A stretch of 63,584 nucleotides of DNA, the filler included, from Welwitschia mirabilis (Eukaryota), in NCBI GenBank assembly GCA_051453625.1. It is 5 parts of one record of this genome, joined end to end, with 100 filler letters (N's around TTAATTAATTAA, not from the genome) between each part and the next. Parts side by side here need not be neighbours in the genome. Positions count along the whole stretch, not along the records: positions 32,874 to 47,605 come from JBOZIK010000001.1; positions 47,706 to 59,504 come from JBOZIK010000001.1; 3 more parts are not named here. The stretch is one strand, 5' to 3'. Below, piece after piece: positions 37,235 to 49,924 of this stretch (positions within the stretch are counted from its first letter, which is position 1; each line of letters begins with the position of its first letter). Position numbers and translations under genes: made by a program. Below the pieces are notes generated by a model. That model ran no database searches. It was not told the origin of the DNA and saw only the letters and a list, made by a program, of their open reading frames with translations.

Positions 37235-37591
37235 TGTTTCATAAGTAGTAGAGGAAGACCACCCTGATAGTGTACCCTTCATCTCTGTTTTGGAGAACAG
37301 TTCCATCGGAAAACTCGATTCCCATTCCTAAGATGTGTTCCATCTTACTTTTGCGGATACCTTGAAGCGACCCCTAGGATACCTCCTACCGCTTCTTACA
37401 CTTTACTTCTTTTTTCCCCTCTTTTTTGATTTAGTCCTTTCGTTTTTGAGGTTTCTCACTAGGCTTTGCCCTGTGCTCTACATTGTGCCCTAGTTAGTCT
37501 ATACTCTGGGATATTATTTTGGGTACCTCATTTCTAGTAGCCCTCTAGAACAAGTCAAAGCTGGCTCACCCTAAAAAAGTGGATGTCGTCA
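35540..37591. mobile_element. Probable gypsy (Tat/Ogre-like) non-coding fragment, pyrimidine-rich
   Basis: Abruptly replaces the Sirevirus RT at ~35520. C/T-rich with recurrent CCTAG and internal repeats (TCATTCCTTAGTCC x2). Ends in LTR-terminus-like GGATGTCGTCA at ~37591. No protein motif recognised. Confidence 0.3.
37138..37231. repeat. Compound microsatellite (GT)n-(GA)n
   Basis: Imperfect GT repeat followed directly by a long perfect GA run. Confidence 0.95.
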
Positions 37592-40500
37592 TCTTTTTGA
37601 AGCCTAGGGAAAGGAATTCATATCAACACATATCTTAATCTTTGTAGCTTGTTCTTTTATTGAAAATTGTAGTTCCATTTCTGTTGCTGTCTATTAGATT
37701 ATTACCACTCATTAGTGTCTGTTACTTTGTTTCTTTTGTCTGTTGGTTAGGGACTATCTATTACTTTGTTAGTGTCTATTACCTAGAAATGTTTACTATC
37801 CTATTTAAAGCCATAAAAATACTTAAAATGTTAGAAAAATGCATGTTATTCCAAACTCTCTTAGCCTTCTTGAGTTTGCGGATTTTAGAAGATGCGTTTG
37901 ATTCCAAACTACCTTTTCAAGTTCGGTAGCGAGTGTGAGTTTGACAACTATACATCAACTACATTCTCTCTCCGTCTATCAGCATGTAGCAGCTAAGGCA
38001 AATCCATTGCTTTAAGAAAAACCTATGGTGTGGGAGAGAGGAGGAAAAAAGAGAGAGAGAAAGAAAGAAAAGAAGAATGATGTAAGGGTTTCTAAGGTTG
38101 TTTTACTTGAAGAAAAGATTTTTTTTCCTGTCTTTTTGGGCATGATCCTTGAAATGTGTACCTATAATTGTGTTTTTGTATCGTATTCTATTCTAGCAAA
38201 AAAATTCTAGGAAGGATCCGGTGGGATCTCATGAGAAATATCGATTATCGTGGCAAAATCTAAAGGAAGTATAAAACTATATATTTTTATACACATTATG
38301 ATATATTTGTAAATCTTGAGCATTTTGATGATTAAATAAACATGAGAGATGGCAGAAGACAAATAAATCATTATAAATTAACTTCAAAAATGACATAGCT
38401 CATAGGATCATAGAATGTGTAAGTATTAAATGCATGAAACTATCATTTTATCTAAATTAACAAAACAATAAATGAACTTTATCTGAAAGCGAAAAACGAT
38501 GGAGTCAACTTTCTAATGTCATCTAAAATATCATGTTTAATGATACATTGCAGTACTACTCTTAATGCCAAAAAGGCCTAGACCAGAATACCATATCTAA
38601 AATACAATGGTAGGTTCAATTAAATATCAAAAGACCTAGTCCTCAAAGATGTCATGGTAGTCTGTTCCTAGCATACCCTCGTCTAGGATGAGTAGATGTC
38701 TTATCACCTTTATTATCAGAGCCCCTAATCATACTAGCTAGTTCAACACCACTCACTCTACATGCTCTTGCTATTGTGACCTTTACCCTCTTTGTAGAAG
38801 CATGATGTGTTTACATTTGATGGATAAATAGCACTTGTGACAGGTGCCTCATCCTTTAGAAAATCATCTTCATAATGATTTGTCTTGATCCTCATGCCAG
38901 ATATATTATGAGGCAACTCATCTAATGTGCTAGCGATAGGCTCAAGCTCAGGCTTAGACCTATACTCTGTGATCTATGGAATTGATGTGGTCCACTTAGC
39001 AGCTATGTAGATAAAATCACAGATCAAATTAGAATTGGATTCTTAAGTTCAAAAGCTGGAAAAGAAACATGAAATGATGTACTATAAATTTGAATGCCTA
39101 CCAAATTAAGGCTAATATTAGATGGAGACTTATTCTGATCCTTACTTTTTTTTTATTTTGCTTAAGCTTTAGTCCATTGTAATGGATAAGACTCGATCGG
39201 CTAACTTAGGAAGTATTAGCTTATTTAGCTTTGCAAAGTGGATGTGCTCAAAAATACCCTAGTTACACTCACAAGCTATTAAAGGTCAAATGTATTCAAT
39301 AAATGATTTTCGTGACTTCTATTTTTTTTTTTTTGGGGGAGGGGGATCGGGGGGAAGGTTTGGTTTGAACATCCAAAATACATAGTAAGTGCAAGATTAA
39401 AAATCTTTTGACAAGGCTACAAAGATAGTGTAACTTATGTTTTTTTAAAAAAAAACCCATGTCTTAGGAATAAATTATTTTAACCAAAGATATCAAAGAA
39501 CTTTAAACATCCTTTGCTGAATGATCTTCTATTGGTATAAGACCACTCTTATAGTCTTTGTTTTATGCACTAGTTGTCGGCTATGTAGAGGCTAGCAGGG
39601 AGGTCTAAACCAAAAGAATATGTTGTGGAATAACTATATTTTAAGGAGGCACCCATCAAACTAAGCAAGGGCCATCTACCTAATGCTTCACGAGCTAGAG
39701 GGGATAATTAACTTTCAACTAGGTACTTAATCATTGGCATCTAGGGGTTAAGGTGTCCACCCTATTTGATAAATAAACCATTAGGTTGCAGTCGATGCCC
39801 ATGTGATTCTTGTAGTTTCCTCCTAAAACCTAAAACAAATTAAAGGTTTAGATGATTTCTTTTGAGGCTTACCAAAAGAAGTGCTTACATTAAGAACGTA
39901 GTTTTCTTCAAAGGTCCATTGGGATTGGGCCATTCATGTGATTCCACCATTTTAAAGTCTTCTACACCCAATTTCTTTCTATTCTTTAGAACATCATTTG
40001 AAAGAGGAAATGTGCACATTTTTTGGAGCATCACTTCTTTCCATTTGCCAGACGAATAAGATGGGATATTTTGATTTTTTGGTAGTTTAGGCTTTTTCCA
40101 CTAGATGAATATTCTAACCAAAAACAGACTCTAAAGTAGAAGGAGTTTAAGCTTTGTTCTTATGAAGTTCATCAGTAGACTTCTTCCATTGCAAGAGGGG
40201 AGAATGATTACATAAATGCTCTTCTCTATGGCAATAGTTGTAGGAGTTAGGAAGATTAAAGTAAACAACTTGTTGCTGATGAGCAATAGGACTAGCTTTA
40301 AGTGCAAAACTTTCTTATGGTTATGCAACTACATTTTGACAAAATGCCTAGTTCTAGTTTCAAGCAAAGAAGAAAAGTTTTGAATATCAATAATTGGTCC
40401 AAGGAGCTTAACAATTTCAAGATTGAATTTTTTAAACATAACAGGCAAATTTGGCAACTCCACAAAACAAAGTACACAGTGATGTTCTAGGGCATTAACG

Positions 40501-42559
40501 TCAAAATTTGGTTTTCCTTGTCAAACTATAAAACACATGGCACTAAACAAAAGTACACAAAGAAATAGCTTACTCTACCATGGAGGTTTTAGATAACCAG
40601 TAAAAAAAATTCCAAGCCAAATATTTTGCATGTAAAGCTAAGATATTATAAAGCAATTAGACAAAATTAATCCATTTTAGAGAAGACTATTAGTCTTAGC
40701 AGATAACCCAAGATTTGCAAGAAAATATATGACAAGGAAAGATCGGCAACATGATGTTGGAAGAAATGATCAAGTAACATAAAACCAACTCGAGAGCACT
40801 AAACCCAAAAGTCCTTCAGCACTTGACTGCGAAAATCACATGTAAAGTGTATCTGAAAAAATATTGCATAAAATACTATTAGAAAACCAAAATCAGTATA
40901 ACATTATAAATCACATGAAATTAGAATTATCTGCATCATGTTTAATCTGTTATCTTATATGTGTCATTGAGTAATGAATATGCCAAGGGACATTGATAGT
41001 TTATTAGCTATCCTAAGTCTCACATTCTTAACTCAACAGTAGGCATAATTTGAACTTTGCATCTATTCGATGGAAGCAAACATCATAGCTAAAGCTTCAC
41101 CGTGCTAATGTGCTTCAAAGGAGTATGAACTTAGTCGCAAACCTTGTGGAACAAGGTCAAACTCTTTCGTTCTTCCTTGCAAATTGAAGGAAGAGGTTTT
41201 GAAGAGTGTGGTATCTATATATGTATATTTGAAAATGTTTTTTGCTTTATTTTTATTTTCGTTTTTATGGTGTTTGTATATATATATATATATATTTTGG
41301 CAGGGGATTTCTTTTGGGGTTTTTAGGTCAGGAATTATATTGCTTCATGAAAAGGAAGTTGTACAAAGTCCACCCATTTATTGATATTATAAAATTTTCT
41401 TTTTAGGAAAATAGTATTGACAAAAAAGCAACATCAATTACAAAACGAAATACAAAGTATCTATCTCTTATTGCCGAAAATTAGTGTCAAAAATTGCTCA
41501 CAAAGTTGGATTAATGAGAACCTGATTGGCATTGTTGACTTTCTTTGTTTGCTTTGCCACATAAGCTCCATGCCCTAGGTTCTTATCCAGATTCCACCTC
41601 AAAACTACTCTCATATAGGTGCTATTAATTTCAAATCTGGTTGCACTGGGGGTTTTCCCAAATTACATTACAGTCCCTATATTTATTAATTGGCATCTTG
41701 GCATTAAAGTTGTGTACTTCCTGCTACTCCTGGATCTGCTTTCGCTTACTCTATTGTTGACATTGCTGTTGTTTTTGATCCTGTTGTTGCTGTTCCTTAT
41801 GCTGTTGATCTTGATAATGATATTGGCCCCCTGTATGCTGCCTACTTCTCACTTGTTGTTGCTGCTATTGCTGATTATTGTTCTCCTTGTCCACCCACGT
41901 GACTTTTCTTCTTTTTCTTTATTCTTTGATTTCTGCTTAAACTTTCCAGTTTGCATCCAATACTCTCCTTCTGATTCGGAGCTATCTTTTAGGTGGTTTG
42001 TATTAGAATCGCTCACTAGAAATTTAACTTCAGGCTCATTGTCATTACTAGAAGAAATATTGACAAAATAAGGATTTGAATTAAGTTTAAAATAAGTGAA
42101 ATAAGAATGGAAAGGACCATGATGTTATTTTCCTTCTGAATAGGTGCTACTCTTTATGGCAAATTCTCTTCAAGGCTTCCTTTGGCTACAGGCTTTCAAG
42201 GCAGATTTTTCCTTTTGTTTCTTACTATGACTTTCCCTATTTTGGGGGTCCTTGAGTTCCTGTCCTCCTCCTTTTGCAGACGCTCTTGCATTTCTCTGAA
42301 AATTACTACTAGGTCCCTTACAGCCTTACTCCCCTTCCCATAATGCTCTTGTTGCTCTAGCTGATGTGGCTTCTCTTGCTCTTGCTCCCCTACATGAGCT
42401 TATTCTTCCTGATGGCTGTTCTGGAATGAGCTTCATGCTAGTGAGAGGACTCCTTCCTCTTAGAGTTGCTTCACCCCAATTCTTGCAAGAGGCAAAACTC
42501 TCCAAATGTAGAATCAACATAGAATGCCTTCTTGCTTGCTTCAGTTTGATCTTTTTTAC

Positions 42560-44040
42560 TACAAAACCTTAGGAGGTTAATGTGTCTCCCTTCCCTCAAT
42601 GCCAAGAAGTAACTAGATGTAATTCTTTGAGGTTGGAATGGATTCCATCTTGAATGAGTAACCTAGCCACAAACATGGCATTAAGCTATTGCTCTCAATC
42701 TATCTCCATCTTCTTGATGAGCCCTTTAGGGGTGTGAGGGGCTTTCTCCTAAAGAAAGCATCAACATCATTATATGCAATGAAGGAAGGCAAGGTGATGG
42801 CTCCCTCTGCTCTCCTCCCCAAGGACTGAGCTATTAACTCCTCTAGAATCTCATACTCCCTCCTTGCGAATTTGAGTCCATTTCCCACGTAAAACTTTCT
42901 AGTATGCACTTAGGGGCTACATTAAATTTATCAAGTGTATCCCAGCTTATGGTGCAAATTTGGCCCCATAGAATTTTATTTCTTTTGAAGTTGTCTATAT
43001 TTTTAGGCCTATGCTTTGGGTGTGCTCCAATAGCTATCACGGTATGCTTAAATATCCTTCTAATGGTGGCCACTAACTCCTAAGTAGGGGTAGTTAAGCT
43101 ATTGAAAACTTTTATGTTCCTTGCTTTCCAAATGTACCAAAGCACAATAATATTTTCACCATCCCATGTTGTTTCATTGTCCTCCTAGTACACATTTTCA
43201 TATGGTAAGTGCTCCCACAACTTTACTGCAGCATGGCACACAATGGTGAGCTATTTCATCTGTCTGCTACATGTGGGACATACTGTGCCAACATGTGCTC
43301 TCCTTCTCTATAGCTCCAACTCTTGTCAGAGTTATATCATTATTGATTAGCCACCTTAAAATAGTGTGGTTTCCCATGATGTTGCCTCTCTAAATTCTCT
43401 CGCTCTCTACATGTTTGTCATATTTTTTGACCATTAGCCTTTTGGTTGTTACTTTCCCTCCATCCACCCCCATACTTCTGGATCATCTTTTCGATTTAAA
43501 TGTGTTGTCTCTATCAGCCTCTCAATCTCATTTATTGCTTTGTGAATTTTGATCTCCCTACTTCGTATCAAGCTGGCTTAGAAATAGACTTCCACCTTCT
43601 CTTCATCATGATACAAGAGCCATCCCCTTGTCTTGTTAACCGGGTTGAGTGTTTTTGGAATGATTTCCCCCAAGCATTTTGCATGCCAAAAGGGAATCTT
43701 CTGCTCGCCAATATCCTACTCTATGAGCTCTTCCAATCTTTCTTTCTTCTTATAGATTTCTTTCCAATATGGAGAATCTCCACTTTTAAAATCCTATCCA
43801 CTATACTTCCTTTTGATCAATTACTCTAGGGAACCTTTTCCTTCTACTCTAGCATGGCTAAAACCTTCATTTGAGTAGCTAGGATCATGTCTTTTATCTT
43901 GTGGATCCCCCATCTTTGAATTCCATGGGCTTGGAAACGCTACTTCATTTTGTTGAGTGAACATGTTTAGCCCTAATTCCCTTTTCACTTTTTCTAGAAG
44001 AACCCCCACTAAAGCATTGTATCTAGTAATAGAACCAAGA
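42560..44040 (-). mobile_element. L1-type LINE ORF2 3' remnant (post-RT region, zf-RVT, RNase H-like)
   Basis: Minus-strand motifs DSPYWK..IG..KIPFW, VCPTCS, WYIWKARN.KVFN and YNDVDAFF..MFVAR, typical of plant L1 ORF2 C-termini. Heavily decayed. Confidence 0.65.
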
Positions 44041-44062
44041 TAGGAATTAGCTAGGATGATTT

Positions 44063-44648
44063 TGTCGGAAAAGTGAAGACAAATTTGTCTTGTTTATATT
44101 GTAATGTTATGTTTTAACATTGACCTCCCTTTTTGTAATGTTGTAAGAGGAGGTTATGTTTTAACTCCTTTGGGTATTTAAACAAAAAATTAAAAAAAAA
44201 AGGGGGAAGGGAAAGGGGAGGAAGTTTCTAGATTATCTTTGCTTGAAACCCTAAACGTATTTAAAGGTTACTTGGGGGTTTGTTTTGGATGGTGATTCTT
44301 TTGTTCCTTGAATAAGATTAAGAGCTTTGTCTGCTTCCTGTGGTTTTTAGCTTAAAGGTTTTTCACATAAATCTGTGTATTGTTTTTGTGCTTGCTGTTT
44401 TGTTTTCGTTAGCATTGATTTACAGTAAAAATTCATAACAATTGGTATCAAAGCCATGGTTGTTGGTTGTTTTCGGTTTTGAGTCTTCCTGGTGGCTTCT
44501 CGGTTCATGTGAGCACTTAGCATGTGGGTGGAGGGGGAGATTGTTGGGTATGCGCTTCCCATGCCCAGCCCAACAACTGGGTAAATATAAAAGGGCTTTA
44601 GTTTCCACCTAAGTCATTGCTTTTGGGGTGATCATAAAGGCTCTAACA
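44063..44648 (+). mobile_element. TRIM-like element with non-matching LTRs
   Basis: LTR1 TGTCGG...ATAACA at 44063-44440. PBS TGGTATCAAAGC at 44443-44454. Short internal region, then PPT GAGGGGGAGA at 44531-44540. LTR2 TGTTGGG...CTCTAACA at 44542-44648. Confidence 0.75.
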
Positions 44649-45449
44649 TGATGTTATTCTCATTAGGTTATGAAATCTTTGGCCCTTACAAGATAAACTA
44701 TTCTTTGGGTTTCTGCTATGGACGAAAGTGAGGTTTTATGTTAACAATAGTGTTGATAGTTGAGATGATAAAAACAAGATGGGATTGTAGGCTTCCCTAA
44801 ATGTAACAAATAATAAAAATAGAAATGAAAAAATTATCAGAGCAAAATAAAGTGCTGAATATTAAGAGTTTATAGAGCTTTTTGAGATAATGTTTTGAAA
44901 ATGTCATAAAAGCAGAGCTTCTAGCAAATAAAAGCTCCTCTTGTGAATAAAACAATAGTACAAGGGCCCATGCATGTCCAAATGTAAAGAAATGATTGCT
45001 CTGAGGGTTGTAGGATTATAGATGAAAGGACTAGGAGATGTCTAGGTTTAGGATGACATTTTTCAACCCGACTTTGAGAGATTAAGAGTGGCTAGGATGG
45101 CATGGATGATGGGTAAATGGTTACAACAACACTAGATTCAAAATGAAGGGATTAAAAGGTATATTTATAAGCATTTTTAGGTGTTTTAGGGGATTTGCCC
45201 CTTGATAAGCCATGTTAGGTTGCCTCAATTAGGGTTTTTTGGGGTTGGCCTTCAAACTCAAGTAAGGGGTTTGGACTTCTTAAGCAGGAAAATGAGTTAG
45301 GTATGAGATTTGTACGTTTAGGGTGAAAATAAAGGGTTTTTGTGGTTGGATGAGTGGGGATATGGTGTGCAACAAGGGTGTGGTTGTTGAGCTTCACATG
45401 TTATTTGTAACTCAAGGTGTGTGTTATCTTCATCCTATGTTATCTTCAT

Positions 45450-46260
45450 CCATATCAAAACCTTTTAAATAATAAAAATTTTAATGTAACTTCTGATTGG
45501 GAGTGATGATTGTTCTACTACAGATCCTTTTCTTGTAAGAATCAAATCCTTCTTGCTCTTCAACTTCCTCTTAGTCATCCCAAATAATTGTGAGAGCATT
45601 TTTGATGACTTCTTTTGTTGGGAAATTATTGGACATATACCTATATCTCTTGCAAGTATAACATTGGATATCTTTCCTTTGTCCTCCTCCTTTTTTCTGC
45701 TTTTGCTTGGTAGAATCTCCATTACTCTTCCTTAGAGATCCCAAATTTTTCTAACATGTAGGGCTACCTCACCATCACTATCGACTTCATGTTTAAATGT
45801 CTACTTTGCATTCTTGCCTCTTCGAAGGCCATCGTTTTCTTCTTTGAATTTCCACAACCTTGTAGCTCATCAAGCTTCTTGACATTCAAATCCTTGCTTG
45901 CTTTTGATGGTCATCAATTTGGTTCCAAATCTTTTTGGCAGGGATCAAAGAACTTTTTTGACAACCATAGTATCTTCAATTTTTTCACCTAAGGCGTGCA
46001 TGGAATTAACAATGTCAATTTACCAAAAAAATCTTTAGTACCTCCATCTTCCTCTATCCTGAAATCCTCAGATTGGATCATTTGGAGCTTTGCTTGTTTA
46101 ACTACTTTGGTTCCCTTGTGGGTGGTTTCCAGTATATCACATGCCTCTTTAGCAATGGTATAATTCACAATCCTCTTAAATTCATCAACCCCACAACACA
46201 AAAGATAGCATCTAGTCATTTGTAGTTTAAATTAGCTGTATTCCTTTCTGCTATAACTCA
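45450..46260 (-). mobile_element. Sirevirus-like gag fragment
   Basis: DEFKRIVNYTIAKEACDILETTHKGTKVVKQAKLQM (ORF 45989-46219), plus a decayed zinc knuckle IQCYTCKRYRYM at ~45640-45670. Confidence 0.75.
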
Positions 46261-46354
46261 CGTCATTTTGTCTTTACGAACTATCTTCTTTGAAGTATGT
46301 GTAACACTAGGAAGAGAAGAGTGGTATTGTAACAATATCCCAAATATGAATTTC

Positions 46355-47605
46355 TGTTGAGTGTAAAAATTGTTATGAAAATACACAATGTCAACGCAAT
46401 TAAAGAAAGCAGCAAGAGAAAACAGAGACACAAGGATTTACGTGGTAACCTTAACGAGGGGAAAAAATACGGGAAAGCAATGTAGAGCTCTATTATCAAT
46501 CTTGGACATTACAGGACGAGAACAGGCTTCAAGCCAACAATAGGCTTCAGGCAAGGATGCCTCACAAAGCTCTATCAACTCTCTTTGTCCAACAAATAAC
46601 CCTCACATCGTGTTTAAATAGTCCAAGGGTTACAACTAATTAGGGCTACAAGCCAAAACCCTAAAGGAGGTATCATCCCTCTCTTGACACATGTCCCTTT
46701 TCTACCTAATGCCTCCAAGGATGGTTTCAAAATAGAAACCTCCTTTTACAATATTAAAGTGGGGCCAACGTGAAGACATAACGTCAGGGACGTTGCACAG
46801 GAATAAATTTGGCTTCACATATCAACATCCTCCCACTTGAAGACAAATTTGGCACATTTTCAAGTGCAGCTCTACAGATGCCCCGCTTTCCAAACTTACT
46901 TGGATCACATGTCCAAGTGTATGCCATGACAGCACTGCTTGTGTTTATCTCCTGTAACAGCCTTGGTGCCTATGTGTGACTTTTGTGAACATCTAGCTTC
47001 TTCTCCTCCAATGCTTCCTTGATGAAGTGATACCTCACATCAATGTGTTTTGTCCTAGCATGATAAGCAACACTTTTGTCAAATGAATGGCACTCTGACT
47101 ATTACAATAAATCACATATTAATGTTGTTTCAATTCAAAATAGTCAAGTAAATGCCTTAGCCATATCATTTCTTTGGTTACCTTTATCATAGCTATGTGC
47201 TTTGCTTCCATAGTTGACAAAGCCACATCTCTTTGCAAATGAGACATCCAACTAATAGGACCACCTCCTGTCAGGAAAACATAACTAGAAGTGGACTTTC
47301 TTGTANNNNNNNNNNAGCATCCACATACCCAGCAACATCCACTCTAGTATGACTAAAACTTAGGCAAAAATTCTGTGTACCTTTCAAGTAGCACAAGATC
47401 CATTTTATAGCTTCCCAATGCTTTGGGCCAGGGTTGCTCATGGAAGTGAGACTGCTTCCAGTGCATATGAAATATTTGGGCTTTTATACATCATACCATA
47501 CACCAAGCTTCCAACAGCTAAAGCATAAGGAACCACTTCCATTCTTTCCTGTTCCTCTTATGTTTTTGGGTGATCTCCCAGAGACAATTGAAAGTGACTT
47601 GCTAA
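46355..47605 (-). mobile_element. Tork-like Ty1/copia 3' end: RT/RNase H, PPT, 3' LTR
   Basis: LTR 46355-46827 (TGTTG...TCAACA). PPT is the reverse complement of TCCTCCCACTT at 46828-46838. Motifs HWEAIKWIL.YLKGT, RKSTSSYVF..GGPISWMS and YHARTKHIDVRYHFIKE. Confidence 0.87.
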
Positions 47606-47705
47606 NNNNNNNNNNNNNNNNNNNNNNNNNNNNNNNNNNNNNNNNNNNNTTAATTAATTAANNNNNNNNNNNNNNNNNNNNNNNNNNNNNNNNNNNNNNN
47701 NNNNN

Positions 47706-49359
47706 TAGTTTAAAAATGTGTAATATTTTATAAAATAATAATAGGCGTTCTATAAGAGGGAGTTTTTCTAAGTCCTAAATATTTTCACAACTAAATATTA
47801 TTTGCCATTAATATTAAAGGGGAAGATTGTTAGATTATGTTTTATTAATTAATGTCAAACTAATGTTTTATATATAGTAAATTTTGTGATCTTGTGTAGA
47901 AGATTTTAATCATTTGTAGTTCTAAAGATAAAACTAAAACCATCGAATTTCAAGCACCAGAAACCTATCAAGTTTATTTATCCTCTTAAGGGGTTAACTA
48001 GATTTTCAAGGGGTCAACCATACATGAAGCAGATACTCAAAAAATAAACTAAATTTAAAGGAGTTCACTAGATTTCTAATGGAGTCAATTAGACCTATAA
48101 CCTCGAGAGCTAGCATCCCTGGACAAAATGGCAAGGGGTCGACTTGACATTTATATGGTTGACCAGATTTGAGAACCTGATAAATAGTATCTCTAGACTA
48201 AATAATAAGGGATCAACTGGACCTATGATGAGGTCGACTGAACCTGAGCACTATGTAGATGATACTCCTAAGTTGATCATCATGGGTTGACTGAATACCT
48301 GAAGGAGTGAACTAGACCTAATGCTAGAAATTGAAAATATCTTTATCAGGATAAGTGGGTAACTAGATTTATAACAGACAATCAGATTGGGGTTGACCAG
48401 ATCTAGATAAGGTTGACAAGATATGAATCCATATGAAATTAAGGCAACTAAAATTTTCACTTAGGTGATCTATGTAAGTCACGGCACTAGATGGAATCAA
48501 CCATACTTTTAAAGGAATCGACCAGACAAAGCAAAACTAAAATTTTATATCCATTTTATATCTATAATATATCCATTAGATAGCTATTTTCTAGCTATTT
48601 ATAACCACTAAAAGTTCATTTTCAAATGTAATAAATCATAAAATCCTTTTAATATAAATATCCAAGAGATAGATAACAAAAGAATCTTTTGAAACCTTTT
48701 TTAATCTTATTAATGTTTTGAATCTGAGAAACTAGTACTATAGTCTTGTGATATTCGCTGCTGAGTCTTGGCATTTGTAATTTTGACCAAGGAATATTTA
48801 TTATCTATATTATCTCTACATTCAAGATTAGATCTAGTGCTTTATCTATTGTACATCTACAAGAGAAGAGCTCCATCAAATCTACTATATCACGAATTAG
48901 TAATAACCATGCATATTAGCATCATTTCATAACTATTCTACATTGTGAAAGATTGATACTAAACCTTGAAAAGTTCATTTAAAGGTTGAAACTAAGCATG
49001 GAAAATTCCATTTAAAGGTTGAGACTAAGCCTAGAAAAGTTTTCTTGTAATGGTTACAGGTAAACATAGAATGTCTGATGGAGTAATAAAGATCTGAATC
49101 AAGCCTGGTGATAAGCTAATCATCAAGAGTGAAGTAAGGGGTTTCCTAAACTACTATAAATTTTGCATGTATCTATTTGGTATTTTGTGCTTTTAGTTAG
49201 TTTATCTCTTTACTTCTATTAGCTTTTCTTTTCATGCACATTTTGAATTAGTGAATTAATTTGTGCAAGTTTTTAATATCTATTTGATTTGTTTAGAATA
49301 CTTTATGTTTTTATTTTGAAGAACCTGTTCTTCCCCCTTTAGGATTCTTGATCCTATCA
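47706..49359 (+). mobile_element. Sirevirus-like 3' LTR (second family, 47828-49359) with upstream PPT region
   Basis: AAAGGGGAAGAT then TGTTAG at 47828. Repeated GGTCGACY-like palindromes at 47990-48530. Ends CCCCCTTTAGG...TCCTATCA. A second, truncated copy lies at 58847-59154. Confidence 0.75.
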
Positions 49360-49924
49360 AAAATCACTCAAATCATACAATATGCAAAGTGTAGGTTAAG
49401 TTTGTATGAAATGTGGTAATTCCTCATATTACATAGAGTTTGAGAGTTAGACTTAATAAAGAATGATAATTTCTTCCTAAAAGAGTACATCCAACAAATA
49501 ATCTCTCAAAAGAAAAGTAAATAAAAATTAATAATAAAATCAAGAAAAAATAAAGTGCTTTAATTGAAAAGAAATGTAAATTAAAAGAAATGTAACTTTT
49601 AAGAAAGGAAAGGTATATTACACCTCAAATTAAGATAATTAAGTGGATACTTATAGACCATAAAAGATAATCAAGTGCATAAAAGTACATTCGACTTAGT
49701 AATATAACAAAACACTACTTAAATAAATAACCTAAAATCAAATCACTTAATTGAATGATGAGAATCAATTTTCCAAACTTTCTTGAATGCCTCCTTGATA
49801 ATGGTGCTAATATGTTAAGATGCAAAAGTTATGTGAACACATTCTTTAAATCCACTCATCAATAACTTGTACTCTTTTAATATCTAACTCATACAAACAT
49901 ACACTAGTATAAGAAGCCAACTGA

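Noticed and set aside
37850..39050. Possible further hAT end (GGATCC/GATC-rich subterminal-like stretch and decayed coding sequence)
   Set aside because: No TIR pair, TSD or diagnostic transposase motif could be established.
41619..42071. 150-aa Leu-rich, membrane-protein-like ORF
   Set aside because: Antisense reading of a CAG/CAA-rich low-complexity tract; non-ATG start and no family motif.
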